Origin: a virus
Lineage: Duplodnaviria; Heunggongvirae; Uroviricota; Caudoviricetes
Virus record (IMG/VR): IMGVR_UViG_3300031998_000029
Coordinates: 15,666-79,665 of that record
Strand: one strand, 5' to 3'
Length of the DNA stretch: 64,000 nucleotides
Positions within the stretch are counted from its first letter, which is position 1; each line of letters opens with the position of its first letter. Under the pieces are notes generated by a model. It worked only from the letters and a program-made list of their open reading frames with translations, made no database searches and had not been told where the DNA came from. This document shows, in pieces, positions 26,729-34,900 of the stretch. The position numbers and the translations under genes are program-made.

Positions 26729-27304
26729 ATGATCAGATGGATGGATAACAAAGAAAGATTTCTGTCTCTTTGCGCAGACATAAAGCGAGAGGGGGTAGAA
26801 GAGCTTCTCTCCTGGCTCGGGAAGAGCGACTTTTTCATTTGTCCTGCAAGCACAAGATTTCACGGAGCATATCAAGGCGGACTCCTGGAACACTCTCTGA
26901 ACGTATATGATGAGCTGAGAAGGCTTCTTACAGTATACCCGGAGATCAATGTTCCCGAGGAGTCCATAATAATCTGCGCATTGTTTCATGACTTATGCAA
27001 GGTAAATATGTATGGGTCTGAAAAGCGCAACAGAAAGAACGAGAGAGGACAATGGGAAACATACGATGCTTATACGATCCAGGAAAAATTTTGTTTCGGC
27101 GGACACGGAAGTAAATCGGTTTTTATCATTCAGCAGTTTATGAAACTGACGCCGGAAGAAGCAGTGGCGATTAACTGCCACATGTCCGCATTCGACGAAA
27201 ATAAGTATGTCGGCAACGCCTATGAGCAGTTTCCTTTTGCATGGCTGCTCTCGGCAGCGGATCAATCAGCAACCTATATAAAGGAATCCAAAGCTAATAC
27301 ATAA
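26729..27304 (+). CDS. HD-domain phosphohydrolase
   Basis: H...HD motif: FHGAYQGGLLEHSLNV ... ALFHDLCK. Confidence 0.6.
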   Translation: MIRWMDNKERFLSLCADIKREGVEELLSWLGKSDFFICPASTRFHGAYQGGLLEHSLNVYDELRRLLTVYPEINVPEESIIICALFHDLCKVNMYGSEKRNRKNERGQWETYDAYTIQEKFCFGGHGSKSVFIIQQFMKLTPEEAVAINCHMSAFDENKYVGNAYEQFPFAWLLSAADQSATYIKESKANT

Positions 27305-27319
27305 CTAACGGAGGAGTAA

Positions 27320-28021
27320 ATGGCTGAAGAAAAACTCAATCTTTATCAAAAACTTGCAAAAATCAGAGCGATAGCCGACGTAGTGGCCAAGGATAAGAAA
27401 GGTTACAACTATAACTATGCCGATATCATAACTATCCTGGCAAAAGTAACCGGCGGCATGAAGAAGTACGGAGTGACGCTTATTCCGTCTGTCGTACCGG
27501 GTACGGGCAATGTTTCTCAGAATGTAATAGTCAATACGAAGTTTGACAAGACCGGCAAACCGTATGAACAGACAGCTTCGGAAATGGTGGTGACCGCAGA
27601 TATGGTGTTCAGGTGGGTAAACGAAGACGATCCGAGCGAGTTTATCGACGTCCCGTGGTTTCTTACCGGCTCACAGGGAGACCCGTCTCAGGCTTTTGGT
27701 TCCGGTATTACATACTGCACGAGATACTTCCTTACAAGCTACTTCCAGATAGCGCAGGCGGACACAGACCCCGACGACTACCGAAGTAAGCAGAAGGCGG
27801 CGGAAGAATCTGAAAACAGGGCGGTCGCAGAGAGCATAATAAGCGAGCTTGATGTTCTGGTAAGAAACTACCTTGCAGATAATCAGGGCAAATCGGAAGA
27901 CGTCAAACAGCTTATGTCCAGATATGCCAAGAACGGTAATTATAAAAGCATTAGAGAACCGATGCTTGCGTCCAAACTTCTTGAGGATTTCAAGACGAGG
28001 TTCATAAACAGTAATAATTAA
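27320..28021 (+). CDS. erf: ERF-family single-strand annealing protein
   Basis: N-terminus LNLYQKLAKIRAIADVVAKDKKGYNYNYADIITIL typical of Erf; acidic C-terminus. Confidence 0.8.
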   Translation: MAEEKLNLYQKLAKIRAIADVVAKDKKGYNYNYADIITILAKVTGGMKKYGVTLIPSVVPGTGNVSQNVIVNTKFDKTGKPYEQTASEMVVTADMVFRWVNEDDPSEFIDVPWFLTGSQGDPSQAFGSGITYCTRYFLTSYFQIAQADTDPDDYRSKQKAAEESENRAVAESIISELDVLVRNYLADNQGKSEDVKQLMSRYAKNGNYKSIREPMLASKLLEDFKTRFINSNN

Positions 28022-28044
28022 ATCGGAAGAAAGGGGAATTTACT

Positions 28045-28422
28045 TTGGGATTCAGAAATAACAGTTATGCCGTTGTTTGGTCAACCGAAACGGTTTCGGA
28101 CACTTTGACCAAGGGAAGAATAAGCATAAGCAGAAAGAATAAGCAGACCGGAGAATACGAACAGGACTTCGGAGGATTCGTTAGTTTTATAGGAAGCGCC
28201 TGTGCGAAGAAAGCATCGCAGTTAAAAGAAAAGGATCGTATAAAACTTGGAGACGTCGATGTTTCCAATAAGTATGACAAGGAAAGAAACACGACATACA
28301 CAAACTTTAAGATATTCAGTTTTGAACTCGCCGATGAGCCGGCCGGATCACGCTCAGCGAACACAGAGCCGCAGCCGTCAGTAGACTCCGGTGAGATTGA
28401 CGATGAAGACCTTCCGTTCTAA
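28045..28422 (+). CDS. ssb: single-stranded DNA-binding protein
   Basis: TTG start after aaagggga; OB-fold-sized, C-terminal acidic tail DDEDLPF. Confidence 0.8.
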   Translation: MGFRNNSYAVVWSTETVSDTLTKGRISISRKNKQTGEYEQDFGGFVSFIGSACAKKASQLKEKDRIKLGDVDVSNKYDKERNTTYTNFKIFSFELADEPAGSRSANTEPQPSVDSGEIDDEDLPF

Positions 28423-28434
28423 TAGGACGAACAG

Positions 28435-29211
28435 ATGAGCGAGGCGATCTATCGACCACTTATAGACGATATGACGTGGAGCTACAGCAGAGTAGAGTGC
28501 TTCAATGATTGTCCTTATCGATGGTTCTTGACATATATCTGCAAGGAAAGCGGTGTTCCGCAGTTTTACAGCTCTTACGGTACTTTCATTCATAAACTAA
28601 TCGAACAGTATTATCGCGGAGAGATCACAAAGGAAGAGATGCATCTGAGATTTCTGATTGATTTCAGCAAAGAGGTACAAGGAGTCCGACCGAAAGAAAG
28701 CACCGTAAAAAAATACATAGAGCAGGGAAATGAATACCTGAAAGGGTTTGAGCCGTTCCCGTTTGATATGATAGACGTCGAATCCAGAGTGGAATTTGAC
28801 ATAGACGGCATTCCTTTTGTGGGAATCATCGATTATATCGGCGAAAAAGACGGAGATATATATATTGTCGACAACAAATCCAGAGATCTTAGGCCAAGAA
28901 GTGGTCGAAAAACACCCACACAGAACGATAAAGATCTGGATGATACTCTTCGACAACTGTATATTTATTCAACTGCTGTAAAACAGAAATACGGAAAGTT
29001 TCCGAGAGCACTATGTTTGAACTGTTTCAGAACCGGAGTGTTTATAAAAGAGCAATTTGATGAGCAGAAATACAACGAAGCAATCGAGTGGGCGAAGACG
29101 AGCATTGAAAGAATAAAGAACGCAGACGAGTTCTATCCGAATGTAGAATTCTTCGGTTGTCAATATATATGCAATCACTACAGCGACTGCTGTTACTGGC
29201 AGGGGAGGTGA
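28435..29211 (+). CDS. PD-(D/E)XK exonuclease, Cas4/RecB-like with C-terminal Cys cluster
   Basis: GIIDYIGE...IYIVDNKS (D...D-x-K) and C-terminal CLNC...CQYICNHYSDCC; adjacent to erf/ssb. Confidence 0.65.
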   Translation: MSEAIYRPLIDDMTWSYSRVECFNDCPYRWFLTYICKESGVPQFYSSYGTFIHKLIEQYYRGEITKEEMHLRFLIDFSKEVQGVRPKESTVKKYIEQGNEYLKGFEPFPFDMIDVESRVEFDIDGIPFVGIIDYIGEKDGDIYIVDNKSRDLRPRSGRKTPTQNDKDLDDTLRQLYIYSTAVKQKYGKFPRALCLNCFRTGVFIKEQFDEQKYNEAIEWAKTSIERIKNADEFYPNVEFFGCQYICNHYSDCCYWQGR

Positions 29212-29223
29212 TAAGAGTTTACT

Positions 29224-30555
29224 ATGCCGAGAGGTGATTTTAGCAGTTTATCAAGCGAATCCGGGATTATAGCATCGCTCATACATAACCCCGAGCTCAT
29301 ATATCATTCAGAAAACCTGCTGCCGACACACTTCAGTAACTACGATAACAGATGCGTGTACGCTGCAATAGGGGAACTTGTAAAGAAGGGAATAACTTCC
29401 GTTGATCCCTACAACATTATAGAAGTTTTGAACTCGTCCACGGCTACAAAGAAGTATGCTGAGAACCTGACGGTAGAAAAACTCTTCGAGCTTATAGAGG
29501 TAAGCGATCTTCTCGCCAGAAACTCGGTAGAAGAATACAAACTTCTTGCAAATAACGTTCTTGATGCCGCGCTTCGACGAGACATGTATCAGGGTCTGCA
29601 GAAATGCATGAATATATGCATGGATGAAAACCAGCAGGATATACAGCAACAGGTTTATCAGGTAATCGACGAAACAATCTCGTCGTATTCGTCTGCGGAA
29701 GACGTACCGGCTTACTCCGACGTCGTTGACGGGCTCTGGGACGAGATAAAAGCGAGACAGGAACAAGGATACTCCGGCATCCCGTTCAAATTCCCGGCGC
29801 TTAACGATTATGTGACCGGAGAACGTGGAGAGCTTATCATTTTCGGAGCTCAACAGAAGGTGGGCAAGAGCATAATGCTTTTAAATGTGGCGGTGGATCT
29901 GCTGAGGCAGGGTTACTCGGTTTTATATATAGATTCCGAGCTCTCTACAAGACTTTTTACCGCAAGGCTTCTTGCTCATCTCTCCGGGGTGTCATACCGT
30001 GATCTCACATCCGGACATTACAGTAAAGAGGACGAAGAGAAGATCCTGGCATCAAAAGAATGGGTAAAAACAAAGAAGCTTACACACGTTTACATGCCGT
30101 TTTTTGATCAGCAGAGTATTTTTTCTCTTACAAAGAAGGTCGACCACAAACAGGGCATCGACGTTATCATAATCGATTATTTTAAGTCTACCGGCAACGA
30201 AATGGACGCTTATCAGACATACGCTGCAATGGGCAGATGCGTTGATCTGGTTAAAAATGAGATAGCCGGAGACATGAATGTGGTTGCAATAGGCGCAGCT
30301 CAGGCAACCATAAATAATAAGCTTGCAGACTCCGCAAAAATAGCCAGAAATGCATCCACGATAATAATGCTTGTGGATAAGACCCCGGAAGAAATAGAAG
30401 CTGACGGCGTGGAGTGCGGAAATAAGAAGATGATAGTCACAGTAAACAGAAACGGTGCTCAAATGGCGCCCGGAGAATACATAGACCTGATGTTTGACGG
30501 CGATCATATTTCTTATGAGCAAGCAAAGCAGCATATACCGCAGTCTCCGTTCTGA
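29224..30555 (+). CDS. replicative DNA helicase (DnaB-like)
   Basis: Walker A GAQQKVGKS, DnaB-type RecA-like domain IIIDYFKS...; 443 aa. Confidence 0.8.
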   Translation: MPRGDFSSLSSESGIIASLIHNPELIYHSENLLPTHFSNYDNRCVYAAIGELVKKGITSVDPYNIIEVLNSSTATKKYAENLTVEKLFELIEVSDLLARNSVEEYKLLANNVLDAALRRDMYQGLQKCMNICMDENQQDIQQQVYQVIDETISSYSSAEDVPAYSDVVDGLWDEIKARQEQGYSGIPFKFPALNDYVTGERGELIIFGAQQKVGKSIMLLNVAVDLLRQGYSVLYIDSELSTRLFTARLLAHLSGVSYRDLTSGHYSKEDEEKILASKEWVKTKKLTHVYMPFFDQQSIFSLTKKVDHKQGIDVIIIDYFKSTGNEMDAYQTYAAMGRCVDLVKNEIAGDMNVVAIGAAQATINNKLADSAKIARNASTIIMLVDKTPEEIEADGVECGNKKMIVTVNRNGAQMAPGEYIDLMFDGDHISYEQAKQHIPQSPF

Positions 30556-30569
30556 TATGGGGTGAAAAC

Positions 30570-31559
30570 ATGCGAATAGAAGATCTCTTGAACTCCATAG
30601 ACGCAGTCGAGTTTCTTTCTCAGTATACGGATTTAAAAGAAGAGAACGGAGAATACTGGGGAATCAGTCCACTGTCAAATCCGCCCGAAAAAACACCTTC
30701 TTTTTCTGTTAGAAAAGAAACGGGGAAGTTCTATTGCTTTTCAACCGGCATCGGAGGCTCGCTAATAACGTTTTTAAAATATTATCACGGCATTTCGGCG
30801 TCGGAAGCAATAGAAATGCTCAAAAAGTACGCCGGTGTAGACGGAGAAGTCTTTGTACCAAGAGAAAAAATGGCCGCAACTATAGTTTGCAAGCAGTTTT
30901 CAAGGCCGACACATCTGCAAAAGACGTCGAAAGCCGTGATTTTGCCCGACAATTACATGGAGCGGTATGAAAAAACGGATGAAAAGCTCTCCGTCTGGGA
31001 AAATGAGGGTATTTCAAGAGCTTCTTTGGATAGATTTCAGGTATACTACGATAGTTTCTCGGACAGGCTTGTATATCCCATAAGAAATATGGACGGAAAG
31101 ATAGTAAATGTGGGCGGGAGAACGCTTGATCCAATGTGGAAAGAGAAAAAACAGCGTAAATACTGTTATTTTCACTCTTGGGGCACTATTGAGACTATCT
31201 ATGGGGTTCCTGAAAACCTTGAATATATCAAACAGAAGAAAGAAGTCATTCTTTTTGAGGGATGCAAGAGTGTTTTGCTTGCCGACACATGGGGCATACG
31301 CAATACAGGAGCGATTTTAACCAGTCATCTTTCGCCATCTCAGTTGAAAATACTTGCCAAACTCGGCTGCAGAGTGGTTTTTGCGCTCGACAAGGATGTT
31401 CGTGTCCGCGACGACCATAATATCGCAAAACTAAAGCAATTTGTTAATGTTGAGTATCTATGGGACAGCGGAGATCTGCTCGACGACAAAGACGCGCCTG
31501 TAGATAAAGGCATAGAGGTTTTTCAAAATCTATACGAACATCGTCTTAAATATAGATAA
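30570..31559 (+). CDS. DNA primase (DnaG-like, degenerate Zn finger + TOPRIM)
   Basis: KTPSFSVRKETGKFYCFSTGIGGSLITF zinc-finger-region homologue; TOPRIM ILFEGCKSVLLAD...VFALDKD. Confidence 0.7.
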   Translation: MRIEDLLNSIDAVEFLSQYTDLKEENGEYWGISPLSNPPEKTPSFSVRKETGKFYCFSTGIGGSLITFLKYYHGISASEAIEMLKKYAGVDGEVFVPREKMAATIVCKQFSRPTHLQKTSKAVILPDNYMERYEKTDEKLSVWENEGISRASLDRFQVYYDSFSDRLVYPIRNMDGKIVNVGGRTLDPMWKEKKQRKYCYFHSWGTIETIYGVPENLEYIKQKKEVILFEGCKSVLLADTWGIRNTGAILTSHLSPSQLKILAKLGCRVVFALDKDVRVRDDHNIAKLKQFVNVEYLWDSGDLLDDKDAPVDKGIEVFQNLYEHRLKYR

Positions 31560-31583
31560 ATTCAATGAATAAAAGGAGTTTTC

Positions 31584-32435
31584 ATGTCTAACAAAAATCT
31601 AATCAAAACAACCATAGCTATTACTTGTATAGTGCTTGCCATCATATTTTTCGCAAGCTGCTCTGTCGTTGTCGGTGCAGGACACACCGGAGTAGTTTCG
31701 ACATTTGGCCGCATCAGTTCCGATGTGCTTCAGGAGGGTTTCCATTTGAAAGCTCCCTGGCAGAGAGTTCAGAAGATGGACAACCGTATCGTCAAGCTTG
31801 AAGTCGCAACAGAAGCTTTTAGTTCAGACCTTCAGACAGTTTCGGTTAATCTCGCTGTTAATTATAGAGTGGACACCACCATGTCCTACTATATTATCAA
31901 GAATGTCGGTAAGCACTTCGAGGATGTTTTGATTACGCCGACTGTAAACGAAGTTCTCAAGTCTATTATTGCACACTACACGGCAGAGCAGTCGATAACC
32001 AATCGTGTCACTATCTCAGAATCCATTATTGAAGGATTAAACGGCAAGCTCAATCAAAACGGTATCTATGTATCCGATATAAACATCATTGACTTTGATT
32101 TCAGTGATACATATATTCAGGCAATCGAAGCCAAGCAGGTTGCAGAACAGCAGAAGCTGAAGGCGTTGATTGAGCAGGAGCAGCTCACCATGGAAAAGAG
32201 CGCTCAGGCAGAACGAGATATTATCGCAGCGGAAGCGGCGCTTGAAGTTTCTAAAATTGAGGCAGAAGCAGTTGAGTTCGCGGGCAGAAAAGAAGCCGCC
32301 GCGAACAAAGCGATTGCCGAAAGTATCACGCCGGAGCTTGTAGAGTATTACAAAATCCAGAGATGGGATGGCGCGTTACCTCATATCACGGGTATGGACA
32401 CCATTATCACCATGTCTGAAACTGATAAGCAGTAG
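31584..32435 (+). CDS. SPFH/band-7 (prohibitin/HflC-like) membrane protein
   Basis: N-terminal TM, SPFH core and C-terminal coiled coil AEQQKLKALIEQEQ... Confidence 0.7.
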   Translation: MSNKNLIKTTIAITCIVLAIIFFASCSVVVGAGHTGVVSTFGRISSDVLQEGFHLKAPWQRVQKMDNRIVKLEVATEAFSSDLQTVSVNLAVNYRVDTTMSYYIIKNVGKHFEDVLITPTVNEVLKSIIAHYTAEQSITNRVTISESIIEGLNGKLNQNGIYVSDINIIDFDFSDTYIQAIEAKQVAEQQKLKALIEQEQLTMEKSAQAERDIIAAEAALEVSKIEAEAVEFAGRKEAAANKAIAESITPELVEYYKIQRWDGALPHITGMDTIITMSETDKQ

Positions 32436-32491
32436 GAGGTGGTAAAAATGTACAGCGGCAACGGTAATCCGGCATACCCGCTTGAGTAATA

Positions 32492-32606
32492 AATGCGGTG
32501 GTGGAATAGGTAGACGCTTAGTAAATGCATAAAAAGGCGTAAAGGAGCCGGAAATCTGGCGAGTGCAAGCAAAAGCATATGTGTGGTGCAAATCCACATC
32601 CGCATT
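32492..32606 (+). ncRNA. tRNA-like element E2 (perfect 7 bp acceptor aatgcgg/ccgcatt, class-II D-arm TGGTGGAATAGGTAGACGC, T-arm tgtgg-tgcaaat-ccaca; aberrant ~65 nt core, no canonical anticodon arm)
   Basis: Paralog of E1 at 16398; possible tRNA pseudogene, interrupted tRNA or tRNA-mimic RNA. Confidence 0.4.
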
Positions 32607-32979
32607 TTCTAAATATAGATTTATTTATGGAGATGATCGCATTCTTTATTATTCTGACGCGGCTTTAAGGTACGCAGTTGATAGGTGCCTAGAACGTGAC
32701 CGTTATATAGTCGGCATCACGGTACCCTGGGGGAAGAGAAACGAAGTTTCTGAAAAACTGCTCTCAATGGCAAAGAACGTTGCCAGATATCGTACAACAA
32801 ACTTCCGATTTGAAATAATGTTTGAGAATGGGAGTATAATTCAGTATTTTCCTCCCTCTGAAGAAAGTCGTGGACGTGCGTTACACCTACTGATTGTTAG
32901 TAAAGACATAGATGACGATCTGTTACGAGATGTATTTATACCAATGGAACGAAGATATTATAAAAACGATGTTTTATAA
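32563..32979 (+). CDS. hypothetical protein (start uncertain; overlaps tRNA-like element)
   Basis: No in-frame ATG before ~32767; may be shorter or non-coding at the 5' end. Confidence 0.3.
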   Translation: MQAKAYVWCKSTSAFSKYRFIYGDDRILYYSDAALRYAVDRCLERDRYIVGITVPWGKRNEVSEKLLSMAKNVARYRTTNFRFEIMFENGSIIQYFPPSEESRGRALHLLIVSKDIDDDLLRDVFIPMERRYYKNDVL

Positions 32980-32989
32980 GGAGAGACAA

Positions 32990-33427
32990 ATGAGCAAAAT
33001 TTACCTTGCACATCCCATTACGGGATTAAACACGAAAAATGTATTTGATTATTATGATGGAATTTCCTATGCGTTAGAGGAGAGGCATATCATTTATTCT
33101 CCAATGACTGGGAAAGACTATCTGCGAAACGAAACGACCATGCAGAAAAGCTATGAAGATTATCCAATTAGCACAGGACACGCAATCTTCGAGCGAGATA
33201 TGTGGATGGTGTCATCTGCCGACATTGTTCTTTGCGACTTCACAGGAGCGCAGACCGTTTCTATTGGATGTTGCTTTGAAATGGCAGTGGCGGCGAAACT
33301 TGGCAAACACACAATTGTTGTTATGGAGGACGGAAATCCACATGACCACCGCTTTATACGTGAAGCCGCTGATATTGTATTTCCTACAATAGAGGATGCA
33401 ATCGCTTATATCAAATTATTGCCTTAA
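32990..33427 (+). CDS. nucleoside 2-deoxyribosyltransferase-like family protein
   Basis: ATG 32990 after aaggagag; MSKIYLAHPITG... and catalytic-Glu region SIGCCFEMAVAAKLGKHTIVV resemble the NDT family. Confidence 0.5.
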   Translation: MSKIYLAHPITGLNTKNVFDYYDGISYALEERHIIYSPMTGKDYLRNETTMQKSYEDYPISTGHAIFERDMWMVSSADIVLCDFTGAQTVSIGCCFEMAVAAKLGKHTIVVMEDGNPHDHRFIREAADIVFPTIEDAIAYIKLLP

Positions 33428-33516
33428 ATCATGGGTTTTATAGAGTAATAAAACGATGGTTTTATAGAAAGTAAGAAGGAGGCGGTTTTATAGAACGAAA
33501 AGCATTATGTTTAGTA

Positions 33517-34017
33517 ATGACCACAATACTCTTGATTTTAATATGTGTAACCATTCCAGTTAACGCAAGAGCGGACTTTGCTCCGAGACACATAATGTTT
33601 GAAGAAAACTTAGTGTGCGGTGTTCCGCTGAGAGAAAAGAAAGACTTCTCGGAAGAGGAGCAGATCAAATCAACACCTTATAATATATGGGTTACGCCTG
33701 AAGCTCCCGTAAAAGATAGGGAAGGGATGACATATTTAGGCTGGTATAGAATTACAGGATACGACACCTGTATTGCATGCTGTGGAAAGACGGACGGAAT
33801 TACGGCGTCTGGCACGAACGCATCTGTCGGACGTACCTGTGCAGCCGCCAGGAATTTACCATTCGGTACAGTGATTTACATAGAAGGAATCGGATATAGA
33901 ACGGTCGAAGATCGCGGAGGTGGCGTAAACGGTAATCATATAGATGTATTGTGTGCAAACCACGACGACTGTTATGCGATAACCGGATACGCGAATGTTT
34001 GGATTGTAGAAGAATAA
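33517..34017 (+). CDS. secreted 3D-domain protein (MltA-like lytic transglycosylase domain)
   Basis: Signal peptide MTTILLILICVTIPVNARA; YRITGYDTCIACCGKTDGITASGT...VEDRGGGVNGNHIDV matches the 3D-domain pattern. Confidence 0.65.
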   Translation: MTTILLILICVTIPVNARADFAPRHIMFEENLVCGVPLREKKDFSEEEQIKSTPYNIWVTPEAPVKDREGMTYLGWYRITGYDTCIACCGKTDGITASGTNASVGRTCAAARNLPFGTVIYIEGIGYRTVEDRGGGVNGNHIDVLCANHDDCYAITGYANVWIVEE

Positions 34018-34097
34018 AAGCGTACAGCTTTATCATGACTTAGAAAGGAGGATGGAGTTGTGCGCACATAAAACTTATAAGTCTCTCCTTCTGAAGA

Positions 34098-34832
34098 TTG
34101 AGAGTATTAGTAGCTTGCGAAGAAAGTCAAACAATTTGCAAGGCATTTCGAGAACTGGGACACGAAGCATATAGTTGCGATATTCAAGACTGTTCCGGAG
34201 GGCATTCGGAATGGCATATAAAAGGCGACGTGTTGCAGATACTTAATCCAAATCATCAATACATGCCCGGATACGACTGGTATGGATTTAAATTCAGAAC
34301 AATGGATGGATTGTTGCATTGTATAGAAGGAAAATGGGATTTGATTATCGCACATCCACCATGCACCTATATAACTGCCGCCGGAGCTTGCAGAATGTAC
34401 CCGACAAAAGGCAATATAGATCAGCAAAGACTTAAAAAAGCATTAGAGGCCAAAGAGTTCTTTATGAAGTTTTGGAATGCGGATTGTCCGAATATTTGTA
34501 TTGAAAATCCAAGGCCACTTAAGGTGGTGGGTTTACCTGTTGAATCACAACGAATACAACCATACGAGCACGGAGAACCATGGAGTAAGCTCACTTACCT
34601 TTGGATAAAAGGACAACTCCCGTTGCTACGGCCATCTAAAATAATGACTGAATATAAACCATACATATCATGCGGGACGAGCCGAAATAAAGGAAACCCG
34701 GACAAAGCCGGCTTTAGCCGCAGCGGAGGAGCTCAAAAAGTCAGAAGCAAAACATTCCCCGGCGTTGCGAAAGCGATGGCCGAGCAATGGAGTAAGATAG
34801 ACACTTTACAATTTACAGATATAAAAGTGTGA
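34098..34832 (+). CDS. hypothetical protein
   Basis: 244 aa ORF; has an HPPC tetrapeptide but no other methyltransferase motifs. Confidence 0.5.
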   Translation: MRVLVACEESQTICKAFRELGHEAYSCDIQDCSGGHSEWHIKGDVLQILNPNHQYMPGYDWYGFKFRTMDGLLHCIEGKWDLIIAHPPCTYITAAGACRMYPTKGNIDQQRLKKALEAKEFFMKFWNADCPNICIENPRPLKVVGLPVESQRIQPYEHGEPWSKLTYLWIKGQLPLLRPSKIMTEYKPYISCGTSRNKGNPDKAGFSRSGGAQKVRSKTFPGVAKAMAEQWSKIDTLQFTDIKV

Positions 34833-34900
34833 AAAATGACAGTAAAATTCCAAGAATAATGTGATGTCGGAAAGGAGGAGTGTAAATAAAGTCTTATATA

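Noticed and set aside
34098-34832. C5-cytosine DNA methyltransferase call for ORF 34098..34832
   Set aside because: Only an HPPC tetrapeptide resembles the PC motif; the motif-I glycine-rich SAM loop (FxGxGG) and ENV motif are absent.
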